DNA of 64,000 nucleotides, from positions 4,226 through 68,225 of the forward strand of contig CAWVIV010000020.1 of assembly GCA_963929435.1 (NCBI GenBank), read 5' to 3'. A program made the position numbers and the translations under genes. Under the pieces are notes generated by a model. That model saw only the letters and a list, made by a program, of their open reading frames with translations. It ran no database searches and was not told the DNA's origin. The stretch is from an uncultured Bacilli bacterium. Lineage in GTDB: Bacteria > Bacillota_I > Bacilli_A > RF39 > UBA660. Shown here piece after piece: positions 8,449 through 17,611 of the stretch (the first letter of the stretch is position 1; each line of letters opens with the position of its first letter).

Positions 8449-9354
8449 ATGAGAAAGGTAAATACATTAGTTAAAAAAATCGATGTTACTAAGTTAAAGA
8501 GTTATTATGGGGAAGCTTTAGGTAATAAAGATTTTAAAGATTATGTAGATAATCTTGATGTAAGTAGTGATGTTTTAATTAAATATACTACTAGTATTGA
8601 AGATGCTGTTAAAGAAAAAAATAATTGTAAAGCTTGTCCTGGACTTAAGAATTGCCCTAATACTTTAAAAGGACATGTTTATACTGCTATTAAAGATGGA
8701 AATAATTTAAACTTTAGTTATATACCTTGTGATAAATTAATTAAAGAAGAGAATACTTATGCTTATAAGAAGAATATTACTTGTTTTGATTTACCTAAAG
8801 AGATAAGTGAAGCGAGCTTTTCTAAGGCTTATAGAGATGATAAAAAACGTCTTCCCATCTTTAAATATTTTAAAGAGTTTATGGATAGTTATATAAAAGA
8901 TAAGAAAGGTAAAGGCCTATACTTAAGTGGTTCTTTTGGAAGTGGTAAAACCTATTTAATAGCAGCATTATTTAATGAACTTGCTAAGAAAAATATATCT
9001 TCTGCCTTAGTGTATTATCCTGAACTTTTAAGAAGTCTAAAATCATCTTTTGGAAGTGATTATGAAGAGAAATTTGATTTTATTAAGACAGTACCTCTTT
9101 TACTCTTAGATGATATAGGAGCAGAGAATACAACATCTTGGAGTAGAGATGAAGTGTTAGGACCAATACTACAGTATCGTATGGAAGAAGAATTGCCTAC
9201 ATTTTTTACTTCTAACCTAACTTTAGATGAATTAGAGAGTACTTTAAGTAATACTAATAATGGTATTGAAAAGATAAAGGCAAAAAGAATAATAGAAAGA
9301 ATTAAACAATTGACAGTTTCCTTAGAGTTAATTAGTAAAAATAGAAGAAATTAA
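8449..9354 (+). CDS. dnaI: Primosomal helicase loader DnaI
   Basis: N-terminal Cys cluster (CKACPGLKNCPN ... C), Walker A GSFGSGKTYL, Walker B LLLDDIGAE, length 301 aa. Confidence 0.8.
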   Translation: MRKVNTLVKKIDVTKLKSYYGEALGNKDFKDYVDNLDVSSDVLIKYTTSIEDAVKEKNNCKACPGLKNCPNTLKGHVYTAIKDGNNLNFSYIPCDKLIKEENTYAYKKNITCFDLPKEISEASFSKAYRDDKKRLPIFKYFKEFMDSYIKDKKGKGLYLSGSFGSGKTYLIAALFNELAKKNISSALVYYPELLRSLKSSFGSDYEEKFDFIKTVPLLLLDDIGAENTTSWSRDEVLGPILQYRMEEELPTFFTSNLTLDELESTLSNTNNGIEKIKAKRIIERIKQLTVSLELISKNRRN

Positions 9355-9399
9355 GAGAAATATATGATAGTATAAAGAAAAGAAGTTTTGGAGGTATTT

Positions 9400-10278
9400 A
9401 TGGATAATAAAATGAATAATATGTTAAAAGAATTTTTAGAAAATACTGATGCTAAAAATGAAGAGGAGTTAAATGAAGCTTTGGGTAAGTTTATTGAACA
9501 ATACAATGAGGGAGAAATAGAGTATGAAAACACTCCTTTAGACGATGCTTATGAATTATTAGAAGAAGCAGAAAATGCTAAGACTATAAAAGAAGCGAAA
9601 AGGCTTGCTAAAAAAGCCTTTGCAACAAGTAATGCTTGTTTTGATGCTAAACTATTTCTAGCAGACTTAGAAGAAAACTCTCTTAAATCTAATAAAATAT
9701 TAAATGAAGGAATAGAATTTGAAAAGAAAAGACTAGAGCAAGAGGGCTATTTTGATAAAGAAAACATTGGCTCATTTTATGGTATTTTTGAAACAAGACC
9801 ATATATTAGAGGACTTTATACTAAAGCTAAAAATCTAAGTAGTGAAGGTAAATATAAGAAAGCAATTGAAGTTTGTAAAGAAATACTTAGATTAAATGAA
9901 AATGATAATACAGGTGCTAGATATTTATTAATGGCATTATATGCTGTTATTGAAGATGAAAAAGATATGTTAGATTTATATAAAAAGTATAAACAAAACA
10001 GTGTAGAGATGCTATTTCCTTTATTTGTATTATATTATAAAAAAGAAGATGATAGTAAAGCTAAAAAATATTTGGATATGCTTAATAAATCTAATAAGCA
10101 TTTTATTAAGTTTTTCAAAGGAACATTAAAATTAGAAGAAGATAGTATGCCTGGATATTATTCTATTGGTAATGCTAGCGAAGTAGTAATGTATATGAAA
10201 GAATATTTTTTCTTAGTTATAACTTTAAGTAGTATAAAAGATTATATTATCGAAAATAGTAAGAATAATAAAAAGTAG
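9400..10278 (+). CDS. Hypothetical helical-repeat (TPR-like) protein
   Basis: GGAGG lies 7 nt upstream of ATG 9400. The sequence is helix-rich (..EGKYKKAIEVCKEILRLNENDNTGARYLLMALY..). No catalytic motif. Confidence 0.55.
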   Translation: MDNKMNNMLKEFLENTDAKNEEELNEALGKFIEQYNEGEIEYENTPLDDAYELLEEAENAKTIKEAKRLAKKAFATSNACFDAKLFLADLEENSLKSNKILNEGIEFEKKRLEQEGYFDKENIGSFYGIFETRPYIRGLYTKAKNLSSEGKYKKAIEVCKEILRLNENDNTGARYLLMALYAVIEDEKDMLDLYKKYKQNSVEMLFPLFVLYYKKEDDSKAKKYLDMLNKSNKHFIKFFKGTLKLEEDSMPGYYSIGNASEVVMYMKEYFFLVITLSSIKDYIIENSKNNKK

Positions 10279-10300
10279 AATTTTAGATTATGCTAATTAA

Positions 10301-10330
10301 AAAGGAAATGTTGTTTAGTCATTTCCTTTT
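10301..10330 (+). terminator. Terminator between convergent genes
   Basis: AAGGAAATG (10302-10310) pairs with CATTTCCTT (10320-10328), followed by TT and preceded by an A run. Confidence 0.65.
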
Positions 10331-10665
10331 GTCATTATTCTTAACTTATCATAATTCTCTAATCCTTTAGAACTTCCTTCTGGAAGTAGATATATATAAT
10401 AAGCTTTTAATCTTGGCCTTATAAAATTCTCTGTTCTAATAGATGGGTATATTGCTAGTATATTATTCTCTTTATCAGTAACAACAATATCTAACTTTTG
10501 ACAGACAAAATAAGTGTTAATCATTTTCTTTTTAGGATAACATAATCCTTCTTTAATAGGATAAAGATAAAATCTAAAGCCTTTTAATCTATCTGTAAAT
10601 TTTGTAACTGTCTTAAACTTAATTTTCTTATTACCATTCTTTATATATTTTTCCATGTAATTCAC
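10315..10665 (-). CDS. DUF192-like protein
   Basis: FTDRLKGFRFYLYPIKEGLCYPKKKMINTYFVCQKLDIVVTDKENNILAIY matches the DUF192 pattern (R..GLm.r...gllf....siHt.gm.f.lDvvflD.dg.vv). Confidence 0.5.
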   Translation of the reverse strand: MNYMEKYIKNGNKKIKFKTVTKFTDRLKGFRFYLYPIKEGLCYPKKKMINTYFVCQKLDIVVTDKENNILAIYPSIRTENFIRPRLKAYYIYLLPEGSSKGLENYDKLRIMTKGND

Positions 10666-10757
10666 CTAGATGTATAATAACATTAATTTTAAGTTAAAGC
10701 TAGAATAAATGATATATTTGTGTTATTATAGTGAAGAAAGAAAGGGAGGTAATAAAA

Positions 10758-11480
10758 ATGAGTGGACATTCAAAATGGGCTACTATTCATAGAAAGAAAG
10801 GATTAATAGATGCAGCACGTGGTAAAGTCTTTCAAAAACTTGCTAAAGAATTATATGTTGCTGCTAAGTCAGGTACACCAGACCCTGATAGTAATGCATC
10901 ATTAAGACTTGTAGTTGAGAAAGCTAAAGCTGCTAATATGCCTAAAGATAATATCCAAAAAGCTATTGATAAAGCTAAAGGGGCTGGTAATGGTGAGAAT
11001 TATGAAAGCATTCGTTATGAAGGTTATGGACCAGGTGGCGTTGCTATCATGGTAGATTGCCTTACTGATAATCGTAATAGAACAGCTTCAGCTGTACGTA
11101 GTACATTTTCTAAACGTGGTGGTAATTTAGGTACAGATGGTTCTGTTAGTTATATTTTTGAACGTAAGGGTATTATTGTTATTCCAAGTGATTATGATGA
11201 AGATGAAGTAATGTTAACTGCCTTAGATGCAGGAGCCTTAGATATGGAAAATAATGGAGATACTTATTTAATTACAACACCTAGTGATAAGTTTATCGCT
11301 GTTAAAGATGCCCTTGCTAACATCGGTGTTGCCGAATTCCTTACTAGTGAGGTTACATTTGTTCCAAACAATGAAGTTGAACTTGACGATGAAACTAAAG
11401 AAAAAGTATATAATCTAATAGAGGCTTTAGAAGATATCGATGATGTACAAGATGTTCATCATAATATGAAAGAGGACTAA
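10758..11480 (+). CDS. YebC/PmpR-family transcriptional regulator (TACO1 family)
   Basis: MSGHSKWATIHRKKG..ARGK.F.KL.KE is the family signature. GGGAGG lies 8 nt upstream of ATG 10758. Confidence 0.9.
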   Translation: MSGHSKWATIHRKKGLIDAARGKVFQKLAKELYVAAKSGTPDPDSNASLRLVVEKAKAANMPKDNIQKAIDKAKGAGNGENYESIRYEGYGPGGVAIMVDCLTDNRNRTASAVRSTFSKRGGNLGTDGSVSYIFERKGIIVIPSDYDEDEVMLTALDAGALDMENNGDTYLITTPSDKFIAVKDALANIGVAEFLTSEVTFVPNNEVELDDETKEKVYNLIEALEDIDDVQDVHHNMKED

Positions 11481-11481
11481 G

Positions 11482-12042
11482 ATGTATAGTTATATTATAG
11501 GAAAAGTAACAGAAGTTATGTCTAATGCCATTGTCTTAGAAAATAATGGTATAGGTTATCTTATCAATACACCTAATCCTTTTGCCTTTGAAGAAGGAAA
11601 TGACTATAAAGTCTATTTATATCAACAAATAAAAGAAGATGAACATAGCCTATTTGGTTTTAAAACTAAAGAAGAAAAAGAATTATTCTTAAAACTTATT
11701 GGCGTTAAGGGTCTTGGACCTAAGATGGCTCTACCAATAATTGCCACAGGTTCTATTAATGGTATTAGTGATGCGATTAATAGAGAAAATATTCTTTATC
11801 TAAAGAAGTTCCCTAAGATAGGTGAGAAACTTGCTAAACAAATGATACTTGATTTAAAAGGAAAACTTGATGATTTAACTACGGGTGATGAAATCGTTAA
11901 AGATACAAGTGAAGAGTTAAGAGAAGCTTTACTTGGACTTGGTTATAAAGATAAAGAGATTAAGAGTATAATCTTGAAAGTAGATAATTCTTTAAGTATA
12001 GAAGACCAAATAAAAGAAGCCTTAAAATTATTATTGAAGTAG
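11482..12042 (+). CDS. ruvA: Holliday junction branch migration complex subunit RuvA
   Basis: MYSYIIGKV..VLENNGIGY N-terminal OB domain, HhH region GVKGLGPKMAL, C-terminal domain III. Located upstream of ruvB. Confidence 0.9.
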   Translation: MYSYIIGKVTEVMSNAIVLENNGIGYLINTPNPFAFEEGNDYKVYLYQQIKEDEHSLFGFKTKEEKELFLKLIGVKGLGPKMALPIIATGSINGISDAINRENILYLKKFPKIGEKLAKQMILDLKGKLDDLTTGDEIVKDTSEELREALLGLGYKDKEIKSIILKVDNSLSIEDQIKEALKLLLK

Positions 12043-12050
12043 GTGATTAA

Positions 12051-13071
12051 ATGGAACGTGTTGTAACTAGTGAAGAGTTAGAAGATGATGGTATTGTTGA
12101 TAATACTATTAGACCTGAGGTATTAGATGAATATATAGGACAAAGTGAAGTTAAAGAAAATATTAGAGTCTTTATAGAAGCTAGTAAGATAAGAGGAGAA
12201 GTATTAGACCATGTTTTATTATATGGTCCTCCTGGACTAGGTAAAACTACACTTGCCTTTATTATTGCAAGAGAACTTGGTGTTAATATTAAAACTGCTA
12301 GTGGTCCATCAATTGAAAAAAGTGGAGATTTAGCAGCGATACTATCAACTCTTGAACCAGGAGATGTCTTATTTATAGATGAGATTCATAGAATGCCAAG
12401 ATATATTGAAGAAATACTATATCCTGCTATGGAAGACTTTACTTTAGATATAATAATCGGTGGGGAAGGAAGTTCTCGTAGTATTAAAATAGACCTACCT
12501 CCATTTACCTTAGTTGGTGCGACAACAAGAGCAGGAGATTTATCGGCACCGCTTAGAGACCGTTTTGGTATTATTTCTAAATTAAAATTCTATACAACAG
12601 AAGAGTTAACAGAAATCATTAAAAGAACAAGTAGAGTCCTAGATATGCCAATAGATGATGAAGCAGCAGTTGAACTTGCTAAAAGAAGTAGAGGAACTCC
12701 TCGTATTGCTAATCGTCTCTTTAAAAGAGTACGTGACTTTGCTCTAGTAGATAAAAAAGAATCTATTGATTTAGAAGTAATGGAAAAAGCTTTAGAGAGA
12801 CTAAAAGTCGGTAAGAGTGGACTAGATGAGACAGACCATCAACTATTAAGAGCTATTATTGAACGTTTTAATGGAGGCCCTGTAGGAATAGATGCTCTAG
12901 CTTCTTCAATTGGTGAAGAAACATCTACTATTGAAGATGTAATAGAGCCTTATCTTTTACAAGAAGGCTATTTAAAAAGAACAAAGTAGAGGTAGAATGG
13001 TAACAGAAAAAGCATATAAAGAGCTTAATATAAACTATCAAGGAGGTTTATTTAACCTAGATATAGAATAG
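12051..13071 (+). CDS. ruvB: Holliday junction helicase RuvB, interrupted by an apparent +1 frameshift near the 3' end
   Basis: Walker [10 protein letters not shown], Walker B FIDEIHR, sensor [10 protein letters not shown]. The track ORF stops at 12987-12989 (..LKRTK*). Removing one A from AAA 12983-12985 gives ..[19 protein letters not shown].. (canonical RuvB tail) ending at 13069-13071. Confidence 0.85.
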
Positions 13072-13081
13072 GGGGATATTT

Positions 13082-14110
13082 ATGAAGTTAGAAGAAATTT
13101 GATTATAATTTACCTGAAGAGTTAATCGCTCAAACACCAATAAACACAAAGAGATGCTTCAAGACTTATGGTTCTTGATAAGAAAACAGGAGAAATTGAA
13201 CATAAACATTTTTATGATATTATAGATTGTCTTAATCCAGGGGACACTTTAGTTTTAAATGATACTAAAGTCTTGCCTGCTAGATTAATAGGTGAAAAGA
13301 TGAGTACTAAAGCCGTTATAGAAGTTTTGTTACTAAAGAATGTTGAAGGTGATACTTGGGAGACTTTAGTTAAACCTGCTAGACGTATTCATGTAGGGGA
13401 TGTTGTATCTTTTGGTGAAGGGTTATTAAAGTTAACATGTACTGAAGTTAAAGATGAAGGTATTAGAGTATTTGAGGCAAGTTATGAGGGAATATTCTAT
13501 GAACTATTAGATAAACTTGGTACTATGCCACTACCTCCATATATTCATGAAAAGCTAGAAGATAAAGATAGATATCAGACAGTGTATGCTAAAGAAGTAG
13601 GTAGTGCTGCTGCTCCTACTGCAGGACTTCATTTTACAAAAGAGTTACTTAAAAAAATAAAAGAGAAAGGTATAAATATCGTATATCTAACTCTTCATGT
13701 TGGACTTGGTACGTTTTAGACCTGTTAAAGTAGAAGATGTTACGAAACATAAAATGCATAGTGAATTTTATTCTTTAAGTAAGAGCGTTGCCGATACTTT
13801 AAATAAAACAAGAGAAAATGGTAAAAGAATAATTGCTGTTGGAACAACTTCTACTAGAACATTAGAGACAGTTTATGGTAAGTTTGGAGAGTTTAGGGAA
13901 GACTCTGGCTTTACAGATATCTTTATTTATCCAGGTAAAGAGGTTAAGAGTATAGATGGACTTATTACTAATTTTCATTTACCTAAATCAACTCTTATTA
14001 TGTTAGTATCTGCTATAGCAGGAAAAGATAATATCTTAAATGCATATAATGTAGCAGTTAAAGAAAAATATAGATTCTTCTCCTTTGGAGATGCAATGTT
14101 TATAAAATAG
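13082..14110 (+). pseudogene. queA: tRNA preQ1(34) S-adenosylmethionine ribosyltransferase-isomerase QueA, three apparent +1 frameshifts
   Basis: Fragments read MKLEE / FDYNLPEELIAQTPI / [14 protein letters not shown]...HVGLGTF / [13 protein letters not shown]...[16 protein letters not shown]. The frame breaks at 13095-13100, 13139-13144 and 13714-13717, each inside a short homopolymer. Confidence 0.85.
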
Positions 14111-14120
14111 GAGGTTCACT

Positions 14121-15105
14121 ATGGGAGAATTAAAAGAATATATAAAAACTGCAAGGATTTATTATAAGGTTGCAGGTAGTGATAAAGTACATACAATTAC
14201 ACCATTAAACTACAGCTTTTTAAAGAAAAAAAATTTTTGATGTATCACCTGGATTTAATACTGTATATTCTGTAAAAAAGGATATTAGTTATATTCATTT
14301 TTATAAGACTTTAGGTGATGATAACTTTTCTATAGAAGCTTCTTCTGATACAAAAGTTGATATTACTATGGACGATAAAGAAAAATATAGTTTTAGAGTT
14401 TATGCAAAAGATATAACTATAAGAAATGAGAAAGAAGATGAAGTTATATTCAGTGCAGAAATAAAGGATGCTTATAAGGTTAAATACTTTAAGGGAAATG
14501 ATTTTACAGTTGAAAATGCTAAAGAAACAATTTTACAAGGTAACCCAGGTACTCTTATTCTAACAATTGAATCATCTTCTTTGAAAGTAAGTGATGTAAG
14601 TGAATATATTAGTCTTTTTACTCATTCAGGTGATGAGATAAAATTTAATAATATTAATTGTAATTTACTTGAATTTGAGACAGATGCTGAAAATATTGAG
14701 GTCCAAAATAGTAATATTAAAAACTCTTATTGTAGCTTTAATAACTGTGCTGAGCCTATTTTTGTAAATTCTTTTTGGAAAGTAAATAAACCTTTAAGAT
14801 ATGTAGATGGTACATTAGGTAATAGTGAAAATGGTATTACACTTACAGATGAAACCTTTAGTAAAGAAAGTATAGATTTAGGAAGAGCATATGCAACTTA
14901 TGGACTTAGAGAATTTTTAAATAAAGTTGAAGCTAATAATGAGGCGGATATTAGTCCTAAACTTGAAGTGTTAGATGAAAGAAAAAGAGCTTTAAAAGAA
15001 GAGTATGATAGACTTCTTGCTACCTTAGAAGATAAAAAAGATGTCATAATAAATGGGCACCAGAAACGTAAAGTTAAAAATTTAGTAAAGAAAAAAGAAA
15101 ACTAA
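14121..15105 (+). CDS. Hypothetical protein (about 327 aa), apparent +1 frameshift at T4 14217-14220
   Basis: AGGAGG lies 6 nt upstream of ATG 14121. The ORF stops at 14220-14222. Deleting one T joins it in frame to track ORF 14368-15105 (..LNYSFKEKKIFDVSPGFNTVY..). It has a C-terminal coiled-coil/basic tail. Confidence 0.55.
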
Positions 15106-15116
15106 GTAAGTTAGAT

Positions 15117-15157
15117 ATAATTAAAACCAGAGAAACTTTAGAAGTCTCTGGTTATTT
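15117..15157. repeat. 41-bp direct repeat, left copy, containing a terminator hairpin
   Basis: ATAATTAAAACCAGAGAAACTTTAGAAGTCTCTGGTTATTT matches 17292-17332 at 39/41 positions. The hairpin AACCAGAGA/TCTCTGGTT is followed by T7, acting as terminator of the upstream gene. Confidence 0.9.
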
Positions 15158-15280
15158 TTTTATAATAAATGCAATTAAATGTTGACTTTTCTCAAAATGG
15201 GTATAAAATATAACATAAAAAAAGAAAAATGTATCATTTTTTTGAAAAAATGATATAATATAATTGAAGGTGATGAAAAA

Positions 15281-16615
15281 ATGATAAGATATGTAAAACT
15301 AGAGAATTATAAGTCTCTTGTTAATTTAGAAGTTAATTTTATGAAGAAAAAAAATGAACCTAAAAATATTGTAGTTATTTATGGAGAAAATGGAATAGGT
15401 AAATCTAATTTTGCAAATTCATTTTATACACTTAATGAAACTATGAGTACTATGTCTTCAATAGAAATGTTAAAACAAATACTTGAAAAACCAAATGAAA
15501 ATAATAAAGCTATGTATGACGATTTTACTACAAAATATATAAAAACAAGATTCAAAGATATTAAAATGATTATTAATGATTGTAAAACTATTGATTCCAA
15601 AGACAATATGATTCTTGAATTTGGATTTATGTATAATAATAAAAATGGAATATATCATATTGAAATGGATAATGAAGAGATAGTTAGAGAAAGACTAGAA
15701 TATGTTGTCAATAAAAATCAAACATATTTCTTTGATATAAATAAAGATAATACTAAAGTAAATCCCAATATTTTTATAGATAAAGATTATTATAATGAGT
15801 TTTTAGACTTACTTGATAAATATTGGGGAAAACATTCCTTCTTATCAATTTTATCTTATGAGATAGAAGACAAGAAAAATGGCTATATAAACAAGAAAAT
15901 ATCTAAAAATCTTTATACTGTACTAGCATATTTGAAAACAATATGTACTAAAATTAAAGGCGGAAATCATACTGAATTTGGAATTATTGGTACTAAGCAT
16001 AATTTAATCTATAACTTAGAAGAAGGTAAGATATCACTAAAACGTGAAAAAGAACTTAATAATAATGAGTATTTGCTAAATGAAATTTTTACTACATTAT
16101 ATTCTGATTTTAAAAAAGTTTATTATAAAAAAACAATTGAAGATAATTATATAACATATAAACTTTATAGTAAAAAAATGATATATGGTAAGATAATGGA
16201 TGTAGATTTTTCATTAGAATCTACAGGTACTCAAAATATTTTAGCATTGATACCATATTTAATATCAGCTTGTGAAGGACAAACTGTAATTATAGATGAA
16301 TTAGATACAGGTATACATGATTTGTTAGTTAAAAACTTGTTAGAATGTATTGTTAAATATGTCAAAGGACAATTGATTATTACAACTCATAATACAATGC
16401 TAATAGACTCCTCAATACCAAATGAAGATATATATGTTTTTAATGCCAATAGTAAAGCTTTTAAAGAATTAATTGCCATAACAGACTTTGATGGAAGAAT
16501 TCATAAAAATAACAGTCCTAGAAAAAAATACCTTAGTGGATTATATGGTGGTATACCTATGTTTACAGATATTGATTTTGACGATATATTAGAGAATTTA
16601 AATAGAGGTAATTAA
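15281..16615 (+). CDS. ABC-type AAA ATPase (AAA_21/AAA_15-like), OLD/AbiLi/AriA-like
   Basis: Walker A GENGIGKSN, signature-like ESTGTQNIL, Walker B / D-loop VIIDELDTGIHD, H-loop ITTHNT. 444 aa with no nuclease domain of its own. Confidence 0.8.
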   Translation: MIRYVKLENYKSLVNLEVNFMKKKNEPKNIVVIYGENGIGKSNFANSFYTLNETMSTMSSIEMLKQILEKPNENNKAMYDDFTTKYIKTRFKDIKMIINDCKTIDSKDNMILEFGFMYNNKNGIYHIEMDNEEIVRERLEYVVNKNQTYFFDINKDNTKVNPNIFIDKDYYNEFLDLLDKYWGKHSFLSILSYEIEDKKNGYINKKISKNLYTVLAYLKTICTKIKGGNHTEFGIIGTKHNLIYNLEEGKISLKREKELNNNEYLLNEIFTTLYSDFKKVYYKKTIEDNYITYKLYSKKMIYGKIMDVDFSLESTGTQNILALIPYLISACEGQTVIIDELDTGIHDLLVKNLLECIVKYVKGQLIITTHNTMLIDSSIPNEDIYVFNANSKAFKELIAITDFDGRIHKNNSPRKKYLSGLYGGIPMFTDIDFDDILENLNRGN

Positions 16616-17199
16616 TGAGAAAGTTAAATTATACAAAAGCACTTGTAATAGTTCATGGAAAGTCTGAAAAGCAAATATGTCAATATATAAAGAATAAACT
16701 TAGGTTGAAAATAGAAATTTATAGCGATAAGAATGGTGAGAAAGCTATACAAATAACTAGTTTAAAGAATACCCTTAATAATAAAATCTTTAAGTCGTAT
16801 AGGAACTTCATTAATACTTTTGAAGATATAGAATTAATTGATAATAAAAATATAAATAAAGATTTTAAAATATTCATAATTATGGATACTGATGATTGTA
16901 GTGAGGAAGAAAAAAGAAAGTTTATTAATAAGGAGATGTTTAAAGGACACTGGGCATATGATTATATTGTTCCTATCTATAATATTCCGGAATTAGAAAC
17001 AGTACTTACAGACGCGAAAGTTCCTTTTACAAAAACAGGGATAAAAAGGAAAAAAGAATATATTAAACTTTTTCCTACAGATCCAAAATATACTAAAACT
17101 GATGAAGTTCAAATTAAAGAATTACTTAATAAATTAAAGAAACAAAAGAATACAAATTTAAATGAATTTTTAGATTTTTGTTTAAAGGTTTCTGATTAA
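16615..17199 (+). CDS. Small RloB-like / Toprim-like partner protein (194 aa)
   Basis: The start overlaps the ATPase stop (TAATG). ALVIVHGKSEKQ, IIMDTDD and YNIPELETVL resemble the RloB/Toprim pattern cEGekTE ... fDrD ... SNPcFElWl. The first acidic residue is replaced by His. Confidence 0.5.
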   Translation: MRKLNYTKALVIVHGKSEKQICQYIKNKLRLKIEIYSDKNGEKAIQITSLKNTLNNKIFKSYRNFINTFEDIELIDNKNINKDFKIFIIMDTDDCSEEEKRKFINKEMFKGHWAYDYIVPIYNIPELETVLTDAKVPFTKTGIKRKKEYIKLFPTDPKYTKTDEVQIKELLNKLKKQKNTNLNEFLDFCLKVSD

Positions 17200-17291
17200 T
17201 ATGTAACTTCACAGTAACTATTTTGAAATTATAAATAAAAATGCTATAATGTAAATGACTAGGACTGATAGCTATTAATGGTACGTCAGTT

Positions 17292-17332
17292 ATAATTAAG
17301 ACCAGAGAAACTTTAGAAGCCTCTGGTTATTT
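17292..17332. repeat. 41-bp direct repeat, right copy, containing a terminator hairpin
   Basis: ATAATTAAGACCAGAGAAACTTTAGAAGCCTCTGGTTATTT, with hairpin ACCAGAG/CTCTGGT. Confidence 0.9.
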
Positions 17333-17417
17333 ATTGTCTATAAGGAAAATTACTACAATATTCTATAAGTTTAAAAAGTTTTTTAAATTTATTATTGCAT
17401 TATTGTTGCATATAATT

Positions 17418-17477
17418 AAGAAAAAAATAATACAAATTTAAATAATTTTAGATTTTAGTTTAAAGAAGTTTGATTAA
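17418..17477 (+). repeat. Degenerate copy of the last ~60 nt of gene 16615-17199
   Basis: AAGAAAAAAATAATACAAATTTAAATAATTTTAGATTTTAGTTTAAAGAAGTTTGATTAA compared with 17137-17199 AAGAAACAAAAGAATACAAATTTAAATGAATTTTTAGATTTTTGTTTAAAGGTTTCTGATTAA (about 85% identity, including the stop). Confidence 0.8.
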
Positions 17478-17557
17478 AAAATATAAATACAATTGCTATA
17501 GAAGCTTTAGAAGGCTTTCTATTTTTCACTTTTTATGGAAAAGTTAGGCATTTATTG

Positions 17558-17586
17558 TTGAAAAACTTGATTTTATCAGATATAAT
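17558..17586 (+). promoter_or_regulatory. Putative sigma-A promoter of tig
   Basis: TTGAAA (17558-17563), 17 nt spacer, TATAAT (17581-17586), 25 nt upstream of the tig start. Confidence 0.5.
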
Positions 17587-17611
17587 AAGAGACGTATTGG
17601 AGGAAATGTTT

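Noticed and set aside
15424-15658. Two overlapping minus-strand ORFs inside the ATPase gene.
   Set aside because: They are antisense to a gene with clear Walker motifs. They are short, hydrophobic and AT-driven.
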